From NCBI GenBank assembly GCA_038087875.1, contig CM075990.1:3784001-3848000 (forward strand): a stretch of DNA of 64,000 bases. The letters run 5' to 3'. Below the pieces are notes generated by a model. It did no database searches. It had not been told where the DNA came from and saw only the letters and a list, made by a program, of their open reading frames with translations. Every line of letters starts with the position of its first letter. Within the stretch, counting starts at the first letter, position 1. Of the stretch, positions 24,497 through 37,600 are shown one piece after another. Position numbers and translations under genes: made by a program. The stretch is from Malacoraja senta (Eukaryota).

Positions 24497-26061
24497 CCAC
24501 CCGGTGGTTAGGTCACTTACTGTGTGAACCCTTGGCAGTCGGGGGTAGGGTCATGTGACTGGGTAATGGCGGGAGGGAGTTGTCACAAGGTTTAGGGGTG
24601 TGCCCTAGTATAAGTACTGAGTCAGCCTTCCCCCATTCGCGTGTGTGTTGTTCTCTTTACTTCAACAATAAAGATCTCTTTAATTCACCACGCATGGCTT
24701 GTTTATTCACCCGCCATATTGGTGACCCCGACGATCCAAAACAGTCATTTTGGATTTCAATAATGTTTGCCGACAACGATCAATCCCAACAGCCCGAGGT
24801 CGCTGACAATCCAGCCCAGCAGAACGCTGTCTCCCTGAAGCTGACCATGTTCTGGACATCGCAGCCCCAGGTGTGGTTCCAACAAGCCAAGGGCCAGTTC
24901 CACGTTCGCCGCATCACGGCCGATGACACCCGGTGCTACCATGTGGTCGGCACGTTGGATCAGGAGACGGCCGGTCGCCTGGACCCTTACCTACGCACGC
25001 CGCCGGATCAGGACAAATAAGAGGGCCTTGAAGCGCTGCTCTACGGGAGGCCTCAGCAATCGCAAGCCGTCGGAGCTCATGAGCGAGATCCTCACCCACG
25101 TAGATGGGCATCGGCCCTGCCTGCTCTTCAAACACGCCTTCTTGGAGCAGATGCCGGATGATATCCGCCTGCTTCTCGCCAGTGAGGATTCCGCAGACCC
25201 CCTGCTGCTAGCGGAGCGTGCGGACGAGCTGTGGCAAGGCAAGCAGCTCGGTGGCTCGATCGATCGAGTATCGGCGGTGCGATGGAGGGCCCAGAAACCA
25301 GGCCCTGCGTCCACCAGGAGTTCAGCTGCGCCGCCGGTCCCGGGCGACCCCATTAAGGGGAAGTGGTGTTACTACCACCAGCGCTGGGGTCTCGCGGCCC
25401 GTTAGTGCCGCCAGCCATGCTCGTATCCGTGAAATGCCAGGGTCGGCTGCCAGTAGTCGCTGTGGTGGTCGGCCTGAAACATCGCCTCTACATGTGGGAT
25501 CGGCACTCAGGATGACGGTTCCTGGTTGATACGGGTGCGGAGGTTAGCGTTTTACCCCCGGCCGGGGGTGGACACTCGTTCTGGCAAGCGAGGCCTTTGC
25601 TGACGGCAGTCAACGGCAGCTCCGCACGGACGTATGGAGTTTGTGCGGTCCCGCTCATCTTTGGCCCCTGCCATTTTACCTGGACCTTTCTGGTGGCCAA
25701 CGTTTCCCAGCCGTTGCTGGGCGCAGATTTTCCTCCGGGCCCACTCCCTGTTAGTGGATGTGCGGGGACAACGCCTCGTTCATCTACCCTTTCGTTTTCG
25801 TGCCTCCGGTTCTGGGGAGGAGTCCTGTGGCGCCATCCGGTGGTTAGGCCACTTACTATGCGAACCCTTGGCAGTCGGGGATAGGGTCACGTGACTGGGT
25901 AATGGCGGGAGGGAGTTGTCACACGGTTTAGGGGTGTGCCCTAGTATAAGTATTGAGTCCCGGGTCAGCCTTCCCCCATTCGCGTGTGTGTTGTTCTCTT
26001 TACTTCAACAATAAAGATCTCTTTGATTCACCACGCGTGGCTTGCTTATTCGCCCGCCATA
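24497..26061 (+). mobile_element. Internally deleted Ty3/Gypsy LTR retrotransposon, CsRn1-like
   Basis: LTRs at 24497-24718 and 25826-26061; PBS tggtgaccccgacg; PPT tggggaggag. Gag AVSLKL..FW.SQPQVWF and CYYHQRWG..A.*CRQPC (CHCC); protease FLVDTGAEVSVLP; no RT or IN. Confidence 0.88.
24720..24733 (+). promoter_or_regulatory. Primer-binding site complementary to the tRNA-Trp 3' end
   Basis: tggtgaccccgacg immediately after the 5' LTR; the vertebrate tRNA-Trp 3' end is ...CGUCGGGGUCACCA. Confidence 0.85.
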
Positions 26062-27488
26062 TGAGTTACTCCAGCCATTTTGGGTCTAGCCTACAAACCT
26101 GTACATCTTTAGAAAACAATCTAAGTTTGTCTAACCTCTCCTTGTAGCTAATGCCCCCCTAATTAAGGCCGCATTCTGGGAATCTTTCCTTCTCTCCAGA
26201 GATGCTGCCTGTCCCGCTGAGTTACTCCAGCATTTTGTATCTATCTTCAGTTTAAACCAGCATCTGCAGTTACTTCCTACAGGTTTGTAGGCTAATTGGA
26301 TTCGGTAAATTAGCTTCGGTGAAATTGTAAATTGTCCCAAGTGTGTGTAGGATAGTGTTTAGTTTAGTTTAGTTTAGTTTAGAGATACAGCACAGAAAAC
26401 AGGCCCTTTGGCCCACTGGGTCCACGCTGACCAGCGATCCCAGCATATTAACACTATCCTATACTCACTAGGGACAATTATTACATTTACCAAGCCAATT
26501 AACCTACAATCCTTCGCGTCTTTGGAGTGTGGGAGGAAACCGAAGATCCCGGAGAAAACCCACGCAGATCACGGGGAGAACGTACAAACTCCGTACAGAC
26601 AGCACCCGTAGTCGGGATCGAACCCGGGTCTCCGGCGCTGCATTCGCTGTAAGGCAGCAACTCTACCGCTGCGCCACCGTGACCGCCCTAGGGAGTGTTA
26701 GGGAGAGTGTGCGTGCGGGGATCGCTGGTCGGCGCGGACCCGTGTGGGTCGAAGGGCGCGTTTCCGCGCTGTATCTCTAAAACTGAACTGAAACTAAACT
26801 GGAGCTGGAGTGGGATGTTGCATGCACACTGATGCCTCGTCTGTTGTCATTGCTGCTTGCCAAGAGCGCAGGTGGAGAGTCATCACCATTCACAGCTGCA
26901 CAAACTGGGACTGAGAGAGAACGCACTGTTCATCCCCAGAGCAGCGTTAGAGATGCCTGGTGTACAGCATGAGACCATCTGATCCCACTGAACCAGCCTT
27001 AAGTTAGCACTCAGTGCAAGTTGCTGCCAGGTTTTACCTCATTAATAAGCAAGTCAGCCCTGGACAGAATCCACACCGAAAGGTCATTTTTACTCCACAC
27101 CCGTGACCTTCTGGTTGTGACAATAACTTCAGTCATTTCCTCTATCTTTGAAAAAAACTGTTAATTAAAAGTCTGTACCAGCGTGTCGACGTTAGCAATG
27201 TGTGCCGATGTGGCGTGGAGGAAGGAACTGCAGATGCTGGTTTAAATCGAAGATAGGCACAAAAAAAGCTGGAGCAACTCAACGGGACAGGCAGCATCTC
27301 TGGAGAGGAATGGGTGACGTTTCGGGCCGAGTCTAAAGAAGGGTCTCAACCCGAAACGTCACCCATTCCTTCTCGCCAAGGATGCTGCCTGTCCTACTGA
27401 GTTTTGTGTCTATCTTGTGCCAATGCAACAGTGTGTGCTCTTGAGTTTGAGATTAGTTTATTGTCACGTGTACCAAGGTACAGTGTAA

Positions 27489-28070
27489 AGGGCCTGTCCC
27501 ACCAGCATGCGACTGCATGCGGCAAGCGCGACCAAACGTGGTGGCTTGAGGCGTATGGCCTCGCGGGGCCGGTCCCACTTCCAACCGCGGAGCCGTATGG
27601 AGCTGGTCCCGACATCATACTCACCAATCAGCTGGGCAGGAGGCGGGCCGACTGAATTTGGACGTCGCACGGCGTCGGGCCGTTACGTCATCACGCAACG
27701 GCATGCTGGGCGGTGACGTCATCGCGCAACGCCACGCTCTAGGCGTACGCCGTCAAGATGCTGCGTTCGGCGTCAAGACACTGCGTACGGCGTCGAGGAG
27801 GTGCGTACGCCCGTCGAGGCGGTGCGTACGCCCGTCGAGGCAGTGCATACGCCCGTCGAGGCGGTGCGTACGGCCTCAATGCGGCAGCGTACGGCCTCAA
27901 TTGGACAGTGTCAGTTTTTCGGAGCCCCGCGCGGTGTCGGGACCAGCTCCGCACAACTCCATACGGCTCCGGCGATCGAAGTGGGACCGGCCCCGCGAGG
28001 CCGCACGGCTCAAGCGACCACGTTAGGTCGCGCTAGCCGCATGCAGTCGCATGCTCGTGGGACAGGCCCT
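27489..28070. mobile_element. TIR MITE family D with internal 21-bp tandem repeat
   Basis: agggcctgtcccac TIRs; the unit ggcggtgcgtacgcccgtcga is repeated at about 27790-27870; flanks TAA/TTA; interrupts a Rex-type tail. Confidence 0.85.
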
Positions 28071-28958
28071 TTAAGCTTTTGTTGCGTGCTAACCAGTCAG
28101 CAGAAAGACAGTACATGATTACAATCGAGCCGTCCACAGTGTATGGGGACATGATAAAGGGAATAACATGAATAACGTTTAGTGCAAGACAAAGCCAGTA
28201 AAGTCCGATCAAAGGTAGTCCGAGGGTCTCCATTGAGGTAGATAATAGTTCAGGACCGATCTCTAGTTGTTGCTTGAATGGTTCAGTTAATTTGGCCCAC
28301 TAACTCCGCGCCAAACAACGAGTTCTATCCTACACACAAGAGACAATTACAGAAGCCAATTAACCTACAAACCTGCACGCGTTCAGAATGTGTCAGGGTT
28401 GAGGCCGGCTCTTTGGTTTAGTAAGGCAGCATCTCTACTGCTGTGCACTGGAGGGTAATTGGCTTCTGTTAATTGTCCCAAATGTATAAGATAGAACTAG
28501 TGCGGACTCAGTGGACTGAAGGGCCTGTTTCCACGCTGTACCTCTAAACGAAACTCCAGAGTGGTTATATTCTGGAAATCACGGATAAAAATCAGAAACC
28601 TTTGGAAAACACTCTGGCAGCATCCGTGGAGAGAGAAGCAAATGGTGTGGGGTAGAAGAGCCCCTTGGGGCTGAACCGTCCAGCATCTGAAGTTGCTTGT
28701 GTCTACAGATAGAAGACTTGTCTGTGAGGGGGGTGAAGGTCAAGACTGCCAGTGGCAGTGGACTCAGCCGTAAATAAATGATTTTTCAAATTGCAAATGT
28801 TGGAAATCTAAAAGGCAAACAGGAAATGCATGCCAGATAGTATCTGTACACGGAAAAACAGTTGACGTTTCTGCTCCACAATCCTTCAGCATCAATAACA
28901 TTGGCATCAAGCCTGGACTCAGGAGCAGTCAATCTGGAATTAATGGATTGTTCTGAAA

Positions 28959-29557
28959 CTAGTCTGGTTCACCGCTGCCTTTAAGGTAAGGTAATCTCCC
29001 TCTCTCTCTCTCTATCTCTCCCTCTCTCTCTCCCTCTCTCTCTCACTCTATGGCAGCTTTGGCCAGGCCCTCTCATAGATGAACTGAGGCCCAGTCCAAT
29101 TTCAATTTTAGAGGCCCCCAAACAAAGATCAAGCAGAGGCCCATCAATTTTAGAGGACCCCAAATCAAGATCCCTTTGAAGCAGAAGCATGAGGCTCATG
29201 CCAAATGGCACTCGTTGCCCCCCCCCCCCCCCCCACACCATGACAGGGCCCGCCTTTAGCAACCTCTCCTTCAGCTGCCGTTACCATTGGCAACGTCCCA
29301 TTGTGATGTCATTGAGAGCCAATTGTGATTGGTGCACTGTGAGTGGCATTGTGACATCATCATTTGAAGCTGCTGGAAAAAGGCTCTCTGTGAGAAGCGA
29401 TTTTGGTTTTTTTTTTAACTTTAATCGCGAATAACTTTTGAAATAGAGCATGAAATCTGCAGTGAACCTGATGAGGTAGTGGAGGGGAAAAATATGAGTA
29501 AGAATATGCAAAAATTTAAGCATTAGCACGTAGCATTTTGAAGAAGATACAATGAAT

Positions 29558-29602
<45 letters not shown>

Positions 29603-29660
29603 TAGACATGCACACATGTACACACACATACACACAAGATCAGACTTTTATAGGTATAGA
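28959..29660 (-). mobile_element. Possible non-autonomous Helitron-like element with (GACA)n
   Basis: Minus-strand 5'-TC(TATA) and CTAG-3' ends with an internal (gaca)n at 29558-29607; terminal hairpin not evident. Confidence 0.4.
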
Positions 29661-30000
29661 GATACAGCGTGGAAACAGGCCATTCAGCCACTGAGTCGGT
29701 GGGCCAAAGGGCCTGTTTCCAGGCTGTATCTCTAAAGTAAAGTGTTGGGGCCAAGCACAAGATGGAACAGATTCATGAACTTATTATTATTCTAGGAGCA
29801 GTTGGGACGAGAATAAAGCATCTGACAGGCTGTCTTTCCGTACACTAGAAGATCTGGGCAACCTCACCCCACCGCACACACATAGGACTGGTACCTGGAC
29901 TGCGATCTAATCAAGTCAAGAGTGTTTTATTGTCATAGGTCCCAGATAGAACTATGACATTCTTACTTGCAGCATCACCAGAGTACATGCAAACACACAG

Positions 30001-30221
30001 GAAGTAACTGCAGATGCTGGTGTAAACCACAATTACACACAAAATGCTGGAGTAACTCAGCGGGACAGGCAGCGTCTCTGGAGAGAAGGAATGGGTGACG
30101 TTTCGGGTCGCGACCCTTCTTCATACTCTTCAGGGTCACAACCCGGATCGTCACCTATTCCTTCTCTCCAGAGATGCTGCCTGTCCCGCTGAGTTACTCC
30201 AGCATTTTGTGTCTATCTTCA
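30001..30221. repeat. Head-to-head (palindromic) Penelope pLTR pair; others at about 40-290, 18490-18695, 20706-20925, 27215-27420, 58360-58600
   Basis: Inverted arms ...atgctggagtaactcagcgggacaggcagc.../...gctgcctgtcccgctgagttactccagcat... Confidence 0.8.
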
Positions 30222-32919
30222 GTACGTGTAAATATAGTACTCTGTAAACAATATTGTAAATGAGAAAAAAAGTTCAGTGTGTGTACACAGACACAAGCAC
30301 ACGCGCACACACGCATGCATACGTACACACAAAAAGCTAACAATAATAGTGCAACAATAACAATAACAGTCCACGTAGTTCAAATCTTATTTGAGATTGT
30401 AGTGTTTTATAGCCTAATGGATCTATTTGATATATTTCAGTTCCAGAAAGGGATTATGTCACACCAGTGCTACCTATATGTCTGAAGAAGGGTCTCACCC
30501 CAAAACATCACCCATTCCTTCTCTCCAGAGATGCTACATGTCCCGCTGAGGTACTCCAGCTGAGTTACTCCTTGCCTGTCCCGCTAAGTTACTCCAGCAT
30601 TTTGTGTCGATCTTCTGTAGAAGGCAGCGATTAGGGGCGGGCAAGTGGGGTACGTGGAAGAGGAATGGATGTCAATGGGTGGCCTACAGTGAGATTGCAA
30701 TCCAGAGGTGACCAGAGGCTAACCCTCTGGAGGTGCTGCCACTGGACTCACCTACAACTGCTGGTCACCCATTCTCACAGGCCGGAGCCTCGCGGGTGGG
30801 AGGTGGAGCCTCACAAGTCGTCGGAGCCCGCAGCCAACGGCCCCAGGGTCTGCAGAGCCCGCGGCTGGGGCCTGGGTCGGCACCACGGAGGCGTCCAGAG
30901 TGGACGCCACAGCGATAGTGGAGAGGTCGGTGCGGCGGTCGATGATGGCGCCGACTGACGGACGAGGACGGACCACGTGGAAGTGAGGACGCCGCTGCCG
31001 GGGGAAGGAGCAAAGGAGGACCCGGGGTGGGGGGGCCGCCATGAGGAAGGGTGAAGAGAGGGAGAACAAAGGGGAGCCTGGCGCGAGGGTACTTTGTAAC
31101 TTTGTAAGCACCCTTTATGGGCGACTATTTGCATACCTTGGGTATACCAGCAAAGAATTTCACTGTAACCTGTCACGTGACAATAAAGAATTGATTCAGC
31201 CATCCCTCTTCCACTTACCGCGCCTGCCTTCCCCTAACGACTACTTTTCCATACATATGACAATTAATCATAGAAACATTAAAAATAGGTGCAGGAGTAG
31301 GCCATTCGGCCCTTCAATATGATCATGGCTGATCATCCAAAATCAGTATCCCGTTCCTGCCTTCTCCCCATATCCCTTGATTCCGTTAGCCCGAAGAGAT
31401 AAATCTAACTCTCTCTTGAATACATCCAGTGAAAACACTCTTGACTGGACTCTCTCTTGACCATCACCACAGTCTCCTCCCTTTCCTGCCTGGAAATGCT
31501 GCCCTGAATTAGGAACGTGGAACGTTGAGAACAGCACAAGTTCTTTAGCCAGAGGGTGGTGAATCCGTGGAATTGGCTGTGGGGGCCAATTCAAATTGTG
31601 TTTTTAAAGTGGAGATTGATAGACTTAATTAGCACAGGTGTCAGCGGTCATGGGGAGAAGGCTGGAGAATGGGGTTGAGAAGGAAAGAAAGATCAGCCAT
31701 GATGGAATGGTGGAGTAGACTTGATGGGCCGAATGGCCTAATTCTGCTCCTCTAACTTATGAATTTATACAGCCCCCTTGGCCAAACATAATGCAAGACC
31801 ATCCCTTATCTCCCTGCACATAATCCATATCCCTCCATATTCATGACTATTCAATGACCTCAGGATATTTGATAGCTGCTTCTGTGCTACAAACATGCAG
31901 TTCAGTGTTGTTTAGTTCGGTTTAGAGATACAGCGAGGAAATGGGCCCTTCAGCCCACCGAGTCCGCGCCGACCAGCGATCCCCGCACACTAACACTATC
32001 CGACTACACACACTGGGGTCAATTTACAATTTTACCAATTTTGCCAATTAGCCTATAAACCTGTTGGTCTTTGGAGTGTGGGAGGAAACCGGAGCACCTG
32101 GAGAAAACCCACGCAGGTCACGGGGAGAAAGTACAAACTTCATACAGACAGCACCCGTAGTCAGGATCGAACCTGGGTCTCTGGCGCTGTAAGGCAGCAT
32201 CTCTACCGTTGCGCCACCATGCCGCACATGTTGCTTGAACGTTTTACTGTTGGTTTTAATGAAAAACGATGTGACAAAGATCTTCACATTGAAAAACTTA
32301 TCAAGATACAGTGAAGTCCCTTGCCGACCATACCTACCGCATCACAAGTAGCTGCTCTGGGGCAAGACTTCCAAAACGCAGCTCGGCAGGGTCCAGCAGT
32401 TGCTCTTTCATAAGACGAGGCAGACAGGGATGATGTCGGCAAGCCAACTACCAAGACAAGAGGAGGGAGCATGGGGCGAGAGGAAATGCTTCTGCAGCTT
32501 GCTCCAGGGATCCCAAATGATCCTGGGCCAAGAAACAATCAATGCGGAATTCATTGCCTGAAGGTGTGCAGGATTAACCCATGGATGAGTGGTGGAAAGT
32601 GGCCAATGGACAATGAGCGGATTGGTGAAAGCAAACTGGATAACAAGGTCCTCTGGTCTATTGCCAAGATGGCGCCCAATCAGGGCAGCACGGTGGCGCA
32701 GCCTGACGCCATTGACAGCGCCAGAGACCCGGGCTCGACCCTGACTACGGGTGCTGTCTGTACGGAGTCTGTACGTTCTCCCCGTGACCTGCGTGGGTTT
32801 TCTCCCAGAACTTTGTTTTCCTCCCACATCGTAAAGATACACAGGTTTGTAAGTTAATTGGTTTGGTACAAATGTCAAAATTATCCCTAGTGTAGGATAA
32901 TGTAAATGTGCGGGGATAT

Positions 32920-33669
32920 ACCACCAGGGGCGCCGGGGAGATGGCAGCCCTGCCGGCAGCGTGTTCATTTTTTCTTTCTTTTTGTTATTTTTTAGTGCGT
33001 TAAAAGTTTGTTTAATGTTCTTCGGTTTGTTTTATGTGGGGGGAGGGGGGAGGGGATCGGGTGGAAACTTTTTTTCAAGTTCCAGCCTTCCTAGAGATGT
33101 GATCAAATTTCGGGTCACATTCTCCGGGCTCTGTGGCCTACCATCGCTGGAGCTGGAGGCCTCCTCGGACTGTCGTGAGCCCCACCGCGGGGCGCGGACT
33201 TAACATCGGAGCGGATCCCTTGCCTGGGATCGCTCCCACTGTGACCACCGTGGACTTACCATCAAGAGCTCGCAGTCTCGGGAGAGGCTGAGTCGGGAGC
33301 TCCAACGCTGTGGTAGGCTCGACTAGCCCCGACGCGAGGTTCGATCGCCCAGCGCGGTGAAGCTGACATCCCCCGATGCAGGAGCTGATCGCCTCGATGC
33401 GGAGGGCCCAAACGCCGCCGGCTATGGGAGTCAAGATCGTCCCGTCAACGGAGGGCTCGAGGCCCCCGATCGAGGAAGAACAAAAGGAAGGACTTTAACT
33501 TTCTTTTCGCCTTCCATCACAGTGAGGAATGTGTAGGAGTCACTGTGGTGGATGTTCATGTTAAAATGTGTTTTTGAGTGATCTGTTGCTTTTAATTGTA
33601 TGACTGACCTGGCCAGTCAAATTCCTCGTATGTTGCAAAACATACTTGGTGAATAAAGTGTGATTCTGA
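32920..33669 (+). mobile_element. GC-rich non-coding retroelement with Rex/L2-type tail, inserted in a V-SINE (relatives at 35010-35855+ and about 9880-10420-)
   Basis: Shared core gccttcc(a/c)tcacagtg(a/g)g; aataaa and gattct tail; the SINE resumes on both sides. Confidence 0.55.
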
Positions 33670-34179
33670 TCACTAGTCGTTGCCGCGCTGTATCTCTAAA
33701 CGAAACTAAACTCCGGCGACTCTCTGCGTGCTCGTGGAAGTGGATCTGAAATCAAACATGACAATCGCTCCACTCTTTTAAATCTCTACAATGATATATT
33801 CACATTATTCCCTTTATCATGTGTCTGTGCTCTGTGGAAGGCTCGATTGTAATCATGGATTGTCAATCCCCTGACTGGTTATCAGGCAACTGAACTGAAC
33901 CATCCTATCAACAAATAGAGAGCAGTCCTGAGCTACTATCTACCTCATTGGAGACCCTCAAACTATATTTGATCAGACTTTACAGGACTTAATCTTGCAC
34001 TAAACATTATTCCCTTCATCATGTATCTGTACACTGTGGACGGCTCGATTGTAATTATGGATTGGTTTTCCGTTGACTGGTTACCTTGCTAGCACGCAAC
34101 AAAAGCTTTTCATTGTACCTCGGTACATGTGGCAATAAACTAAACTGCTCATCTATGAGCATTGGGAGAGGAGGTAAAG

Positions 34180-34600
34180 AAGATAGGATAGAACTTTGGT
34201 TTGATCTGCCAACTGTGATACAAACACAACATACACAAAATACAAAAGAGATGAAACATGAAATTAAAGTGACGAGTGGAAAGGCTTGAGGGATGTGCAA
34301 TGATTGGGGGGGGGGGTCAGTCTCAGTCTACCCCACGACAGAAGGGGGAGGAGTTGTACAGTTTGATAGCCACAGGGAAGAAGGATCTCCTGTTCTGTCC
34401 TGCATCTTGGTGGAACCAGTCTGTTGCTGAAGGTGCTCCTCAGGTTGACCAGTGTGTCATGGAGGGGGTGAGCTGTATTGTCCAGGATGCTCCGCAGTTT
34501 GAGGAGCATCTTCCCCTCCAAGACCACCTCCCATGAATCCAACTCCAACACCGCCCCCAGGACGGAGCCAGACTTCCTGATGAGTTTGTTGATCCTATTG
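34180..34600 (-). mobile_element. Rex1-like LINE 3' fragment (same family as 15991-16640)
   Basis: KLRSILDNTAHPLHDTLVNLRSTFSNRL. Confidence 0.8.
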
Positions 34601-37600
34601 GGGTCAAGTAACAGACAAAGCAGATCCCCTGGGGTGACGTATTGGTCCGCAGTCTGACTGGATGCAGCAATGTAGAATTTCCTCGTGTCGTGGAATCATA
34701 CAGCAGGGAAACAGGCCCTTCGGCCCAACTCGTCCTTGCCTATCATGCTAGTCCCACCTACATTCGTTTGGTCCATGTCAATTCATTGATTCAATTATAC
34801 TTAAGATAGACACAAAATGCTGGAGTAACTCAGCAGGACAGGCAGCATCTCTGGAGAGAAGGAATGGAGAGAAGAGAAGAAAGGGCGGCATGGTGGCGCA
34901 GCGGCAGAGTTGCTGCCTTACAGAGCTTGCAGTGCCCGAGACCCGGGTTCGATCCCGACTACAGGTACTGTCTGTACGGAGTTTGTACGTTCTCCCCGTG
35001 AACGCATGGGTGGCACCATAGAGTGTGGCAGCCTCGACTGCAGTTGTTCGTTTATCACCCTTTTTTTATTTTTAGTTTGTTAAAAAGTTTTGTTCTGTAG
35101 GCCTTTTAGTCTTTTTTATATGGGGGATGGGGGGGAAGGGGGAAACCGTTTTTTCCAGTCCCTACCTGGTCGAGGATGCGTCCTTCCTCCGAGCCGTATG
35201 TTCGCCCCTTCCACGTGGCCTACCACCTGGATTGGCGCGGCCTTTCCTGCCGGAGACCGCCCAGAGCTTCGAGCTGCAGCTTCAGCGGCGGCGCATCACT
35301 GAGGTTCCATCGCGGAGCGGGCGATGCCTTACCCGGGTCGCCGTGTTGGAGCTGAATTGCCGTGTTGGAGTGCTGTGACTGCCGACTTCAACATCGTGGA
35401 GCTGTGGGGGTCTGTGGAGCGTCCAGCCGCGGCAGCGCTGACTTTAAACACTGCGGAGCCTGGGATCTTTCGCCGAGATCGCCAGTGTTGGAGCTCCGAC
35501 CAGCGAGGCCTGTGGACTTCGGAAGCCGCGGTCTCCGGTAGCAAGGGGCCGTTTCGAAACTCCAAGCCGCTGAAGAGTGTTCTTCCGACGCCGTAGTTCC
35601 ATCATTCCGGCGAGAGGGCCTGAAACATCTGAGGAGGCCTCCATAGGCCCCGACCACGGGTGAACAAGGAGGATGTGGACTGAACTTTGCTGCCTTCCCT
35701 CACAGTGGGAAACGTTGATCCTGCTGTGGGGGGGTGTTTTTTATGTTTAATGTTAAATTCTATAATGTTGTGTTTATTTTATTTGTGTGCTGCATGGTAA
35801 CTCAAATTTCACTGCACCAATTGGTGTATGTGACAACAAATGTCCTTTGTCCTTTCTTCTCCCCAAACTCCAAAGACGTACAGGTATGTAGGTAAATTGG
35901 CTTAGTAGCTGTAAAAACAAAATTGTAGGATAGTGTGTGTAGGATAGTTGAAATACAGCGATCGCCCGGAGAGCCGAAGGGCCTGTTTCCGCGCTGTATC
36001 TTTAAACTAAACTAAACTAAACTAAACTAATTCATTGATTCAATTATACTTAAGATAGACACAGAATGCTGGAGTAATTTAGCGGGACAGGCAGCATCTC
36101 TGGAGAGAAGGAATGGGTGACGTTTCGGGTCGAGACCCTTCTTCAGACTGAAGAACTTTTTATGATCGGTGCTTGGCTTAGACTCGGAGGGCCAAAGGGC
36201 CTGTTCCCTCACTACATCTCTAAACATAAATGGTTGCATTTTAGGTCACTTCTACATACACTCCCCTCTGACCCCCACCCCCCTCATTTTTTCCCCACCT
36301 GCCTCCGCTACCAAAAGTCAGCAAACCAGTTCCACAATTCGCAATGATGTATCACGCCGTCCCCAGCCAACAATCGGCCTATCAGGGAACCGCCCCGCCC
36401 AATGTGCTCAAAACATATAAATTTATTCAGGGATTGGACAGGCTAGATGAGGAAAAATGTTTTTGATGTTGGGGGAGACCAGAACCAGGGGTCACAGTTT
36501 AAGAATAATGGGTAGGCCATTTGAGACAGATGAGGAAAAACCATTTCACCCAAAGAGTTGTGAATCTTTGGAATTCTCTGCCACAGAAGGCAGTGGATGC
36601 CGGTTCACTGGATGTATTCAAGGGAGAGTTAGATGTAGCTCTTGGGGCTAAGGGAATCAAGGGATATGGAGAGAAAGCAGGAACAGGGTACTGATGGTTC
36701 AGCCATGATCATATTGAATGGGAGTGCTGGCTCGAAGGGCCGGATGACCGACTCCTGCACCTATTTTCTATGTTTCTCATGCCATCAGCTGCCAGCTCTG
36801 CCAGATTTGTCCTGATCTTTTCTTGCTTTTCCAGTCCCTTCCCCCCACCCCACCCCACTACGATCAGTCGGAAGAAGTGTCCTCGACCCGAAACGTCACC
36901 CATCCACCTTCTCCAAATATGCTGCCTGACCCGCTGAGTGACTCCAGCACTCTTTATCTTGAACTAAAATGTGGTGAGGCCCTCCATTGATTGCCGTTAT
37001 TTAGGCCCTCACATAAACCCAAACGTGGAAGTTTGGACAAACGGTCTGGTGCTTTCCAGATGGGAGTTCTGCCAAAGAGCTACTCCTGCCCTCTGGAGAA
37101 CTTCCTCGAACGTATCACTGAAGCCATATTAACCTTACATCACAAGCCGTCTCAGTCTCAACAGTTGTCTTGTTTGCCTGTGTCCTTCCCATTCCCATTT
37201 CCCCTAAACCTCTTCCTGCAACCTCCAATCTCACATATTCGAAAATGTCAACAAGGACCTTCATTGTAAAGTAGCAGGGTGCCCCAGTGGGTAGAGTTGC
37301 TGCCTTACAGCGCCAGAGACCCGGGTACGAACCTGGCTGCGGGTGCTGCCTGTGCGGAGTTTGTACGTTCTCCCCGTGGCCTTCATGGGTTTTCTCCGGG
37401 TGCTCCGGTTTCCTCCCACACTCCAAAGATGTAAATAAGTTGGCTTCGGTAAAGATTGTAAATTGTCCCTAATGATCGCTGGTCGGCGTGGACCCGGTTA
37501 GCCGAGGGGTCCAGTTTCTGCACTGTATCTCTACGCTAAACTAAGGGCCTAGACATCAGCAGAGGTCACTACCGACTGCTAAATGACCACTCCAGCTCAG

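Noticed and set aside
27658..28118. Overlapping repetitive ORFs (RRGGAYA...) and a possible CRISPR-like array
   Set aside because: A 21-bp tandem repeat without spacers inside a MITE; the ORFs arise from GC richness.
32920..32965. Possible HDV-like ribozyme at the 5' end of the GC-rich elements
   Set aside because: I could not build the nested double pseudoknot by eye; unsupported without a structure search.
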